A stretch of DNA of 64,000 nt from NCBI RefSeq assembly GCF_011386835.1, contig NC_088809.1:1488001-1552000 (forward strand), in the 5' to 3' direction. Shown here piece by piece: positions 1-32,574 of the stretch. The notes below the pieces were generated by a model that saw only the letters and a program-made list of their open reading frames with translations, ran no database searches and was not told the origin of the DNA. Origin of the DNA: Chrysemys picta bellii (Eukaryota). The position numbers were made by a program, and so were the translations under genes. The first letter of the stretch is position 1; each line of letters begins with the position of its first letter.

Positions 1-551
1 GGCGTTGTATTCCAGCAGGCCCCACCTCCAGGATTTGAAGAGGAGGGTGGCTTTGAGTCAGCCATATTGTGGAATTCTGTAAACCAACCATTGTTCAGGT
101 GCCCCTCCATCAGTCCAATCCATTCATAGCCAATATGATCCCAAACGACATCCTACATCTTCTCAGGTACCAGAAAGCCCACATGCCGCTCGACTAGCTG
201 CCAAGACCGCCAGCTTCTCCTGGAACATAAGGCAGTTATGGGTTTTCAGTACAAAGTTCTGCAGCACGCTGACAATTAAAGTTGTAGAAGCAGAGTACAA
301 TTGAACTTACTGTCGGGTTCCGTGGCCCGCTGGTACGGTATTGATTGTTCAGTGCACCCGTCCATTGGTCAGCTATCTTAAGCTGCAGCCGATTCTCCAG
401 TTTGAAGTGCCCCAGAATCCAGGGGCCCTGGGTCGGGGCAGTTCCAGCTTGTAGCAGAGTATACATACAGAGTATGCTCTGTCAGCCAGCACCGCAGGGG
501 TCTAACGAGTGTCCCTATAGACACCGCGCTGAATACACTGTTCCTCTGCAG

Positions 552-22339
<21,788 letters not shown>

Positions 22340-23190
22340 GCCTTGCTGGACCTGACCCTTAACCTCTGTTCTTTCTCTGGGGAGGGGAAGGGGAGGGAGA
22401 ACAGCTGAGAACGAGTTCCCTTCCCTTCTCCACACAACTCCTATTTTATACTTCATAAAACGATGTGAAATGACACTTGGTGTGTCCACCCCCATGAGCT
22501 GATATACTTGGCAGGGCTGGTATAATTAGACACACACATAGATCATAGGAAGGGATGCTGCAGATGCCTCTGCGCACTAAACTTTGGTTCACCGTGTGGG
22601 AAGCTCAGCAGAACAGTTATAAAGGTCGAACGAGACCCTTTAGAAATGAACAGCGACCTGCTTTCACAGCCAAAGACTAGAAAGCAAACCTAGCAGGAGA
22701 TGCAAGCTCTTGGCCTAGAGCGAAGTTTTATTTTGATCGTCTTGTATTCTGACCGTCGCCCATCCCCGTTCCGACCCACGGAACGAAATCACGTGGGGGC
22801 TCGGACAACTCAACCCAGATCCGCTGACGTTTCTGCTACTGTATGCTTGGTGGCTCCTTGTATAGTGGGCTCTGCAAAAACTCCACCAGCTGCCCCCGCT
22901 GTATTTGCAAGGGTGTGAGCAGCTCTGGGCGAGGGCTCTTGCCAGAGAGAGGAGCAACTGTTCCACAGGCTCATCCTCTCCTGGCTTCATTTGGGACAAT
23001 ATTTATTCAGTTGGTTTTTAACTCAGACGGCAAAGCAAACCCCTGGGTAACAGCAGCTTTCCCAGGCGTTAGCAGGCCCTAAGGCACTGCAAGGGCAGCC
23101 ACTCCTGGGGTGAGGAGAATGCAAATCAGCCTGAAGTGCATGTCCTCTGTCATACCGCTTAGCTCTGTCCACATGTAACCGAAAAGGGTG

Positions 23191-23196
23191 AATAAA
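23191..23196 (+). promoter_or_regulatory. Candidate SUPT6H polyadenylation signal (proximal); a second AATAAA is at 23990-23995
   Basis: AATAAA about 850 nt after the stop, followed by a small 7-bp hairpin (TAGTGTT/AACACTA). The distal AATAAA follows a T-rich tract. Confidence 0.4.
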
Positions 23197-26100
23197 TAGT
23201 GTTTCTACTGAACACTAGTCTGGGGGTGTTCTCTTCTCATCCTGTATGGCCTGCCCGCTCCTCTCCACCACCGAGTAGAGTACAGCAGTGAGCCAGGAAA
23301 TGCCCCTCTTGTGTTGCCCGAGTTGCCTGCTGGGTGCTGGTGGGTTGATGCTGAAGAATAGTTTGGGTTGAATGTGTGGGGTTCTCAGCCCAGCGTATCA
23401 GGGCGACCCCCCTGGCGCTGCCCTCCCCTCTGTCCAAGCGGGAGCCAGGGAGGAGGCTGACAGAACGCAGGCACTGTCTGTCCTGGGTCAGAAGCAGCCC
23501 TGAGGGCTCTGTTTCATACACTTCCCTGTATTTCCCCACCTGCCTTCTCCAGGAGGAGTTTGCCTGGAAGCAGGATTTTTGTTGCTTGATCTGCTCCTGT
23601 TTGGCTCTAACATCACAACCCACTGCTGGAAGTCCCAGAGGGCTCTCCCTCAGCTGGGAAAGGAGCAGACAACTCAGGAAACAAAGGTCCTGTTGCATCC
23701 AAGAGATGCACGAGACACGAAGGTGAAGCTGTTCTCCTGAGGAGTGCAGAGCCTGGCTTCCCTACAGCTCCCCGGGGGGCTGGTCTGACTGCATCCCTCT
23801 CCTTACCATGCAGGCGGGCCCTACTTGGGGGTAGATTAACAAGCATACTCACCTTATGCTGTTTGTTTATTTGTTCAGTTCTGTATGACAGGAAATTGAC
23901 TATGGAGTAGCTCTCTGTGAGGGAACCTGCCAGAGAGTCATTACTGCTCCTTATGGCTGTCTTTGGTTTTAGTTTTTTCCTTTTCCATCAATAAAATTCT
24001 ACTTTTGGGATGTTGACTGTACCTAGCGTTCTCCCTGCCTACTGCACTAACGCTCTCCTCTCCGTAAGCCACCTCCTGCCCTGCTCTGCTCTAGGGATGC
24101 CAGGTGGAGCTGCCCCACCATCTCTCTGCTCTGGCGGGATGGGTTTGGTCTGATCTCCAGAGAGATGACTGGGAAGACGTGCACGAGCTGCTGCTAGTAG
24201 CAAACGGGAGCCTGGGTTTCCCATCTTGTATCCCAGGCCCTCCCTCTGCAAGTCGAGATCCCCTCCAACACCCTGCATCTTGCACCAGAGGAAGAGTTAG
24301 TGCCAAGCTGGCTGCAGCACTACATCGCTCCTATTTGCACCCAGGGCATCTCTTGAAAGACTCTGCCTAGCGGCATTTGGCTGAGCTCGGAGGCATTGCA
24401 CCGTGGCTTTAAAGGTCTCTCTTCTGCTATCGCTCTTGCCTGTGGCCGCTTGCTAGGGATGGAAAGCTTTGGAAAGGACGTTTCCAGGGTCAGGCTGTCT
24501 ACAAAACACTTGCTCACTCTGAGCTGCATGGCTGTGCCCGAGTGACAAGCAGCACACTTGGCTCTGTGCAGGGCCCATGGTAAAGGGGCTGCTCGCTTGT
24601 GATGTGGGTCTGGGTTCTCATGATCCTTTGTCTAAGGGCAGGGCAATGGCCCATCCTCTCGTGAGCAGGGGCTGTTCTCTTACTGTATTTGAAGAGTCCT
24701 GCAGGAGGCGGTGCCAGGTTTAAATCAAGATCTCCCCAAAAGTCTGAAACTGTAAACGCTCCTGTGTTTTTTGCTTTAGCACTGCGTGCTCTGGGTGGCT
24801 GGGTAACGCTGTGAGAGGCCTCATTGCATGGACAGGTACCCCCAGCACCTCGTACCCGGGCTCCTGTGTCTGAAAGTGCGATAAAGATCTTCTGGCCAAA
24901 CCCTGATTTTAAATGAAGGCTTTTTTAGTCTCCTGCGAGCCCTCACTAGAATGGCTTGCCTGGCTCCAGGGTGGAGCTCACTGAGAAAATACCTCCCAGG
25001 CATTGGTGGGTCTGTTTTCCAGCATGATCTTTGCATCTCTCAGGGCAGAATGAGAGGGGGCGCAGGGCTTTCCTGATCTGTGTCATTAGGGGCAAACCTC
25101 TGCCTTGTGCCTTCTTAGCGATTCATACACATTTCATCCAAGTGCTCGGCTAGTGCCGGCGAGACCTTGAGCCGATTGGGGATCCTTCGGGCACATCCTC
25201 CACTCGCTTGATCGCCCCGTGGCTGCGGCAAAGCAGCCGAAGTCCACATAATGAGAGACCTTTACTACTAGAGCTGCAGGCTGAGCAGCCAGGGGCGCCC
25301 TGGCTCCAGAACACCGTATCCTTGCCGGGTAAGTGGGCATGAGGGTAATGGTCACAAGTGCCCCTCCAGGAGCCGCCAGCTGTGTGTATAGCGCAGGCCG
25401 GGCCCTGGCCCTTACACGCTGATTTGGCATGTAGCTGTATGCAAGGCACTGACCCTCTCGGTCACATGGAGTTAGTACCTGCCTGCTGGCCAGGGGGTGT
25501 GTGTGAAACTCAGCATTGGAGCAGGGCAGAGAATTATTATCAACTCCCAAGCTCGGTAAGTGGCTCGAGAACTGCTCCAGCAGCAACCCCATTCCGGAAG
25601 AAACAGATGAAGGAAAAGCTGCAGTTAGCGAACGAATGCCCCAAATCAAGGTACGGACGAGCCATGGGAGCTAAAGCGGGGTACGGGCAGGGAAACGCCC
25701 TTAACTCAGGGCAGGAAATCTGCCTGCCCCTCCTCCCTCTGCCATTCCTGCCCTGCCAGCTTGCAGGGAAAACGACTCCGTGCCTGAGCTGAGCAATGTG
25801 AAATGAGAAAGCATGAAGGGTGAGGAGTAACTCAGACTAGTTCTTTAATAACCTGCGCTCCTCTCCCAGCGCCCAACACTCGCACCCAGCAGGATCCTTT
25901 CTGAAAGCCTGAGGTGCCGCCTGCCGGGCCTAGACCAAACAATCCCCCAGTTCACAGAAACCAAAGAGACCAAGTGCTGCTCTGGGAGGGTCAGGTGCTG
26001 GGCTGGCCTCACCGAGCTAACCAGGGGCCCCGGCCCACCAGTCCCGGGACGTGAGGATTAGCCTGAAGAATTCTCCCCCGCTGCTCTGCCCAGCTCTCGC

Positions 26101-26924
26101 CGCTGTTCTCAGTGTCCCATTGTGCTGCTGTTTCCCCTCCAACCAAGGTTATTTCTCTGTGGGGGGGCAGGAACGGCAGCCCCCATCACTATCCTCAGGG
26201 CCCTGGAGCTGGCAACCCCCTGGGAGTCTCACTTTAAAAGGCAGCCAAGCAAAGGGGCTGGATGGGTGTTTTCCGAGGGGGCAGTTAGCATGTCCCCTAA
26301 CATGTCAGTAAAGCAAAAAGGACCAGGGCCAGAGTATCTCCTGGGAACCCCTGGTGCAATGACCCATTTCGGGGGGCGGGGGAAATACAGGAGCTGAGGT
26401 GGGAGCAAGAACGAGACAGCTACTCGCTCTGCACAGTCGTGCAGCGATCACACACGTGCTCTCCCTCGTCCGTTTCTACCCTTCCCCAGGGGCTGTCGTC
26501 TTGCCTGGCCCCTTCAGGGCAGGGACTGGGCCGTTAGCTGCATGGCCAGCGCTGGTGCTACCGCAGTGCCTGCCCGTCCGCTGGGAGAGCAAGGGTGGAA
26601 CAGGCACTAGCAGGGGCTTCTGGCCAGGCCCCTTCCCCCGCAGCAGGCAGCGTTCTCCCCCATTCGGCTGTGCTACGCGCGCTGCTGGATTAGATCTGGG
26701 GGGCACGTGCCTTTCCTGTTCCTTGGCCCGCTTTGCAAGGGGACTCAATTGCATTGTCACCTCTCTCCTGGGCAAACATTTCAACAGCGCTGGGACTCAG
26801 CAGCCAAGTCACAGAGGACTCCCTGCGGCAGGAGCTCCATTTCGTCGGCCCGCTGCAGACGCGGCTACAGCAGCAGGGTTAGGGATAGACCGCTAGCATG
26901 GTGCCATCGGCTGCATCGAGCTAA

Positions 26925-26930
26925 TTTATT
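26925..26930 (-). promoter_or_regulatory. Candidate PROCA1 polyadenylation signal
   Basis: TTTATT on + (AATAAA on -), about 57 nt downstream of the PROCA1 stop. Confidence 0.5.
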
Positions 26931-26986
26931 AGTGACAACCCGCCCTCTGGGGACCGGGGGAAGGTCAGCCTCGGCTGCAGGGAGTC

Positions 26987-29900
26987 TCATACAGGCCTGG
27001 GCAGACTCTCCGCTTCCTTTCTCGGGCGCTTCCTTCCATTTCCTTCCCTCCTCCTCTTCCTCTTGCTGGCAGCTGGGCATGTGGGCTGGAGAGTAGGCAA
27101 AGGCCTTGCCTTCAACTGCCCCCGGTCACTGCTTTCAGCCTGCGCTGCCCCGCGTGGAGTCAGGGTCTCCTCCCCGACGGGGGCATCGTTCAGGATAGCG
27201 TTGAACACATCCTCCTTCCCCGCGAAGTCCAGCACCAGGTGCTTAGGGAGGAGGGAGGCAGTATCTGCAGTGGGGGTGGGCAGCCCCAGCACCTCCGCTT
27301 TGGAATGGACTTTCTTCTTTTTCAGCCCTTTTCCTTTCTTAGTTTTCCTCCCTCTCTTCTTCCCTTTCCCCTTCCGCTGGGTCTTGGCGGGGCTCTCTCG
27401 CTTGGGCCCAGTGGGCGCAGACTTCTGGAAGCTGTCCATAGCCCCTGTGACAACCTGGCCTGGGGGTGGGTGCTTTGTCGGAGGAAGTGCCCATCTGCCC
27501 GTGCTCTCTCTAGGCGGGGGGGTGCCAGGCTGGGGCGCTGGGCTGGAAGGAGCCCTGTCTGAGCCGGCTGCCGCTTCGTCTATCAGTTCCCCACCAAACT
27601 CATAGAGCACCGGCTTCCGGGGCACCGCAATGGCCACGGTGTTGTACTTCTTGCACCTTGAGAGAAGAGGGACGAGAAGCAGAGTGAGGGGGGTGCAGCT
27701 TTGGTGGGGGGCAGGGGAGCACCCCAGGCTCCCTGGTCAGGACTTACCAGATGTACAGATAGGGCTCCACACACTGCTCTTTGTAGGTGAACTCAAAGCA
27801 GGGCACCTGGATCACGTTGAAGAAGGCCTGGCCCACCACGCGGGAGGCAGTGTCATTCACCTGCCTCAGGCAGCCTTTCAACCTGCAAGGGCAACGCAGA
27901 GCATCAGGCAGGGTAAGGAAGGGGCAGGGGGCCTCTCCGGCCGGGCTGAGCTGGGGCAGCAGAGGGAGGAGGTGTCACAGGGACTTCACCCACTCTTGTT
28001 CCTCACACCCTGCCTCTAAGCAAGCTATTGCGGGGTGGCCTTGCTGCTGTTATGGGGAGAGCTGTCCAGTGTCTCCAGCACAAGGCCTTGGGGCCCGAGC
28101 AGCGGGACTTGTTTGGGAGAACTGGCGGGCAGGTTTCCAAACAGGAAACAGCCAACGCGCTCGGTGACGGGGCCTGGAGCGGCTGCCAGCACAGCCCAGA
28201 CGGGAGTCGAGCGCTTTTAGCAGGTCTTTGACGTGGGTAGCATTGTACACCGCATCAGTTAGCTAACCTTACCCTTCTCTGGTCCCTTCCACCAGCGGAT
28301 AAGCTGGTCCTATGCCACAGAGGGGACAGGCTAAGGCCTGGGCTACACTTAACAATTAGATTGGCCTACAAATGTTGTGCCCTGGGTGCTGTGATTGAGT
28401 CAACCAAACCCCCAGGGCAGACGCAGTGAGGTGGACAGGCGACTTCTAGCGCCCGCCTCTTGGAGAGATGGCTTCACTACGTCGATTGGAAAAAACCCTT
28501 CCGCAGGGTCGGAAGCATCTACCCTGCGGCGCTACCACAGCACAGCTGTGTGGACACACCCAGGGGCTGGGTCTTGGCCGAGGTTACAAAGAAACCCAAT
28601 AGCTCCAACCCGCTCTGCAGCCGCCTGTTCTCCAGCGCTGGCTCGGCTCCCTGCTCCGGACAGGTGGGAGGTTAGGGAAATTCCAACCCCTCGCTGCTGC
28701 CCAAGCTCGGTCACTACTTCGTGTTCAACAGAGCAGCGTCTCTCCCCCGCCTCCTCCCGCCGGCTTCCCGTTGCCATCGGCTATGGGCGCCTGGAGCGGC
28801 ACAGACTGGCTTCCCCGGCCAGGGCCCGTACCGCAGGTCGCAGGCGCAGTGGCTGATGGTGTGCCAGCGGAGGTTCCGGTAGCCGTACTTGGCCGTGAAG
28901 GGGTGGATGACGTGCTGACAGTGGTCGTGTTCCCGGCAGCACTCGTCCGTCTCTCGATGTTCTCCTGAGTGGCCGAGGGAGAGAAGGCCTCAGCCCCCCG
29001 CGCCGCACAAGAGCAGCGCGCAGGAGCTGGCCCCAGCTTCAACGCCCGCGGGCTGCCCGCTCTGGGGCTGGCACGGCTGAGGCACCAGGCACCTGGGCTC
29101 TCGGCACATGTAGGGCCCACCTCCCTGCTGCTGCTAGTCTGCCAACGCTGGGTGCTCTGCCCCTGCTGGGGGGCACCAGTTCTGGGGCGGGGGGCATGGC
29201 ACCAACCGCCTTCCAAACTCACGGACGGCCCTGCCCCTCCCTCTTATCCTCGCACCCCTCAAGCACCCTGCACCTCAGCCTGTGCACACCCCCAAACACC
29301 CACACATGCTGCCAACACCCCCAACCCCCCATGCACCCCAACCCCCACACCTCCCACGGACACCCCCAAAACCCCCCCAGACCCAACAACCCCTAACAAA
29401 CCACACCCACACCCCCAACCCCCCACACCCCAAAGACCCCTCCCCCTCCTACACCCCCAACCCCCCACACTCCCAAAGACCCCACACACACACACCCAAC
29501 CCCCCCACACCCAACAACCCCTAACAACCCACACTCACACCCCCAACCCCCCACACCCCCAAAGACCCCTCCCCCTCCCACACACACCCAACCCCCCCAA
29601 AGACCCCACACACACACACCCAACCCCCTCACACCCAACAACCCCTAACAACCCACACCCCCAACCCCCCACGCCCCCAAAGACCCCTCCCCCTCCAACA
29701 CACCCCCAGGCCCCCCAAAGACACCCCCCCACACACACACCCAACCCCCCCACACCCAACAACCCCCAACAACTCCTCCATGCACACACACAACCCCCCA
29801 CACACGGACAGCCCCCCCCAAAAACCCAACCCCCAAAGACCCAACAACCCCCCACACCCCCAACCACTCCCCCATGCACACCCACAACCCCCCACACACA

Positions 29901-30658
29901 ACCCCCCCCACACGGACAGCCCCAAAACCTACCCACACACCCCCAAAGACCCCACCCCTCATGCACACCCCAACACCTCTTCCACACGCACCCCAACTAC
30001 CCCCCACTCACACCCAAACACCTACCCACTGGTTTTCACCGGCCCCGCCCCCCGCGGGGTGTATTGAGTTATCAGCCCCTGAGCACTCCCCCCCCCCCCC
30101 CACCGAGTCTCCCGCCCCCATCCACACTCGACTGGCGGGGGAGAGGGCTGCTGTTTGCGGCTCCCCGCATAGATCTGCTGGGGGAGTCCCGGCCGGCTCC
30201 AGCGCCCCGGGCAGGGCGGGGGGGGGGGGTCCCAGCTCCAGCGCCCCGGGCGGTGCGGGGGGAGTCTCGGAGGGGGGGTCCTGGCGGAGGGGGTCCAGGC
30301 TCCAGCGCCCCGGACGGTGCGGGGGGAGTCTCGGAGGGGGGGTCCCGGCGGGGGGGGGAGTCCCGGCGAGGGGGGGTCCCGTCTCCAGCGCCCCGGCCCG
30401 GCCCTCACCCAGCTGCCCGTAGCTGTCGGCGTTGTTGCCGGCCCCGCACCAGAGGGTGCCCGGGTAGGTGAAGCCCCGCTTGGTCCGTCTGCGAGCGGCG
30501 CCTCCCGCCGGCTCCGGCGCCCACGTGGCGCCCAGCGGCTGCCGCCCGCCCGAGTCCGGGGAGCGGACGGGGGCGCCGGCGGGGTCGGGCTGCCCGGGGC
30601 TCTCGGACCCCTGAGCCGCCGCCAACAAGCACAGGAGCCGCAGCGCCACGGCCCGCAT
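26987..30658 (-). CDS. PROCA1: PROCA1 orthologue / group III secreted phospholipase A2-like protein, 395 aa
   Basis: Exons 30658-30409, 28964-28832, 27882-27748 and 27656-26987 (1188 nt, GT-AG, in frame). Signal peptide [17 protein letters not shown]; RRRTKR|[14 protein letters not shown]; CCREHDHC; HCACD; [10 protein letters not shown]; WCKKY; then a Pro-rich and Lys/Arg-rich tail. It is convergent with SUPT6H, the position PROCA1 occupies. Confidence 0.92.
28335..28561. mobile_element. Harbinger-type MITE in PROCA1 intron 2
   Basis: TAA|GGCCTGGGCTACACTT ... TGTGGACACACCC; degenerate TIR pair of the GTCTACAC/GTGTAGAC family. Confidence 0.5.
29300..30030. repeat. Degenerate C/A-rich minisatellite in PROCA1 intron 1
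   Basis: Reiterated ACACACCCCCAACCCCCCACACCC(C)AAAGACCCC units with almost no G on the + strand. Confidence 0.9.
30178..30400. repeat. G-rich tandem repeat next to the PROCA1 exon 1 donor
   Basis: About four copies of GGGGAGTC(C/T)CGG...CTCCAGCGCCCCGG. Confidence 0.8.
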
Positions 30659-30740
30659 GGCCCGGCCGCCTTCAGCACCGCGGGGCCAGACAGCGCCCGC
30701 CGCCGCCTTATCAACCGGCCGGGCCGCGCCCCCGCCTCTC

Positions 30741-31420
30741 CCGCCCCTTCCCTGGGACCCCCCTCCCGCACTCCCCCCGGGACCGCCCCCCACTGCCCCT
30801 CCTGCCCCCTCTCTCCCCGCCTCTCCCGCCCCTTCCCTGGGACCCCCTCCCGCACTCCCCCCGGGACCGCCCCCCACTGCCCCTCCTGCCCCCTCTCTCC
30901 CCGCCTCTCCCGCCCCTTCCCTGGGACCCCCTCCCGCACTCCCCCCAGGACCGCCCCCCCACTGCCCCTCCTGCCCCCTCTCCCCCCTGCTTCTACCCGC
31001 CCCTTCCCTGGGACCCCCTCCCGCACTCCCCCGGGACCGCTCCCCACTGCCCCTCCTGCCCCCTCTCCCCCCGCTTCTCCCCGCCCCTTCCCTGGGACCC
31101 CCTCCCGCACTCCCCCCGGGACCGCCCCCCACTGCCCCTCCTGCCCCCTCTTCCCCATCTCCGCCCTGCTTCTCCCCGCCCCTTCCCTGGGACCCCCTCC
31201 CGCACTCCCCCGGGACCGCTCCCCACTGCCCCTCCTGCCCCCTCTCCCCCCGCTTCTCCCCGCCCCTTCCCTGGGACCCCCTCCTGCACTCCCCCGGGAC
31301 CGCCCCCCACTGGCCCTCCTGCCCCCTCTCCCCCCTGCTTCTCCCCGCCCCTTCCCTGGGAACCCCTCCCGCACTTCCACCGGGATCGCTCCCCATTGCC
31401 CCCTCCCGCCCTCTACCCCT
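30741..31420. repeat. About 85-bp C-rich minisatellite (about 8 copies) immediately upstream of PROCA1
   Basis: Unit CCGCCCCTTCCCTGGGACCCCCTCCCGCACTCCCCCCGGGACCGCCCCCCACTGCCCCTCCTGCCCCCTCTCTCCCCGCCTCTC repeated with small indels. Confidence 0.92.
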
Positions 31421-31697
31421 GGGACCCGTTCACCGCCACCTTTCCCACTGCCCCCCCTCGACCGCTCCCCAACCCCCACTACCCCCTCCTGCCCCCTCTC
31501 CCCCCTGCTTCTCCCCTTCCCCAGGACCCCCGTCCAACACTCCCCCCAGGACCACCCCTTCGCCTCCTACTACCCCGTCCCCCACCCCCTTCCTGTCCCC
31601 TCTCCCCCTCACCTCTCCCTGCCCCCTCCCCCCCCAACGTGCTCCCCGCCCCCTTGCCCGGGGACCGCCCCTTCACCCCCCACTACCTCCCTCCTGT

Positions 31698-31863
31698 CAG
31701 GGCTGGCGCAACCCATTAGGCGACCTAGACGGTCGCCTAGGGCGCTAACATTTGGGGTCCGCGACCGCGGTGGCCAGATCTTCAGCCGCCCCGGTCGTTG
31801 TCAGTATTTCGGGGGCAGGACCTTCTGCCACCTAGGGCGTCAAAAAAGCTGGCAGCGCTCCTG
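31698..31863. mobile_element. hAT MITE (166 bp)
   Basis: CAGGGCTGGCGC ... GGCAGCGCTCCTG termini with a perfect 8-bp TSD CCTCCTGT at 31690-31697 and 31864-31871. Confidence 0.8.
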
Positions 31864-31906
31864 CCTCCTGTCCCCTCTCCTCACCAGCCCCTTCCCTGGG
31901 ACCACC

Positions 31907-32574
31907 TGTCCCGGAGTCCCCGGGCGATGCTCTGGAACTGCTCCCCACAAAGCCAGTCAGGACCTTGGGGAGCCTCCTCTCCCTCGGAGCAGACCGTCTT
32001 CAGGGCAAGAAGCTCACACGGCTTCACCTTCCTGGGTCTCTCCTTGGAGCATTCAGCATCTGCCCCTCCGTGCGCTTCCCACAGCGAGTCCGCCCAGGCG
32101 GGGTCCTGGGGAAGCCAGAGGGTCCTGCACCCCCACTTCGCAGTCAGACGTGACTCTCAGCCAGCCAGTAAAACAGAGGTTTATTAGATGACAGGAACAT
32201 CGTCTAAAACAGAGCTTGTAGGTCCAGAGAACCGGATCCCTCAGCTGGGTCCATTCTGGGGTCCCATGAGCCAGACACCCCCGTCTGCCCTCACTCCTAG
32301 TCCCCAGACAGCTCGAAACTGACTCACCCTCCAGCCCCTCCTCCTCTGGGCTTTGTCCCTTTCCCCGGGCCAGGAGGTCACCTGATCTCTTTGTTCACCT
32401 TTAGCTATTCCCTTGCCAGGAGACAGAGTGTCGGCCATTTATGTGCACTGGCCCTTTGCTCTGCAACCATCACACTCCCTTATCCACCACCTAGCGACTT
32501 AAGAAATGCATAGGGGAAACTGAGGCACCCCTACAGTATTCAGAGGAAACATTAAGAGGAGTCCCACTTCGTCA
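31907..32574 (-). mobile_element. Solo LTR (Gypsy-type), related to the copy at 39756-40266
   Basis: The reverse complement starts (TG)TGACGAAGTGGGAC and ends CTCCGGGACA. It shares CTAATAAACC..TTTACTGGCTGGCTGAGAGTCA with the 39756 copy. Confidence 0.7.

Noticed and set aside
25150-25330. Exon-like stretch ending in CCGG|GTAAGT between SUPT6H and PROCA1
   Set aside because: No recognisable protein, no convincing partner exons, and no clear acceptor.
28969-32191. Very long ORFs in the track (500, 462, 485, 624 and 363 aa)
   Set aside because: They are translations of the C/A-rich and 85-bp minisatellites, which lack stop codons for compositional reasons. Only 30658-30409 within them is a real exon (PROCA1 exon 1).
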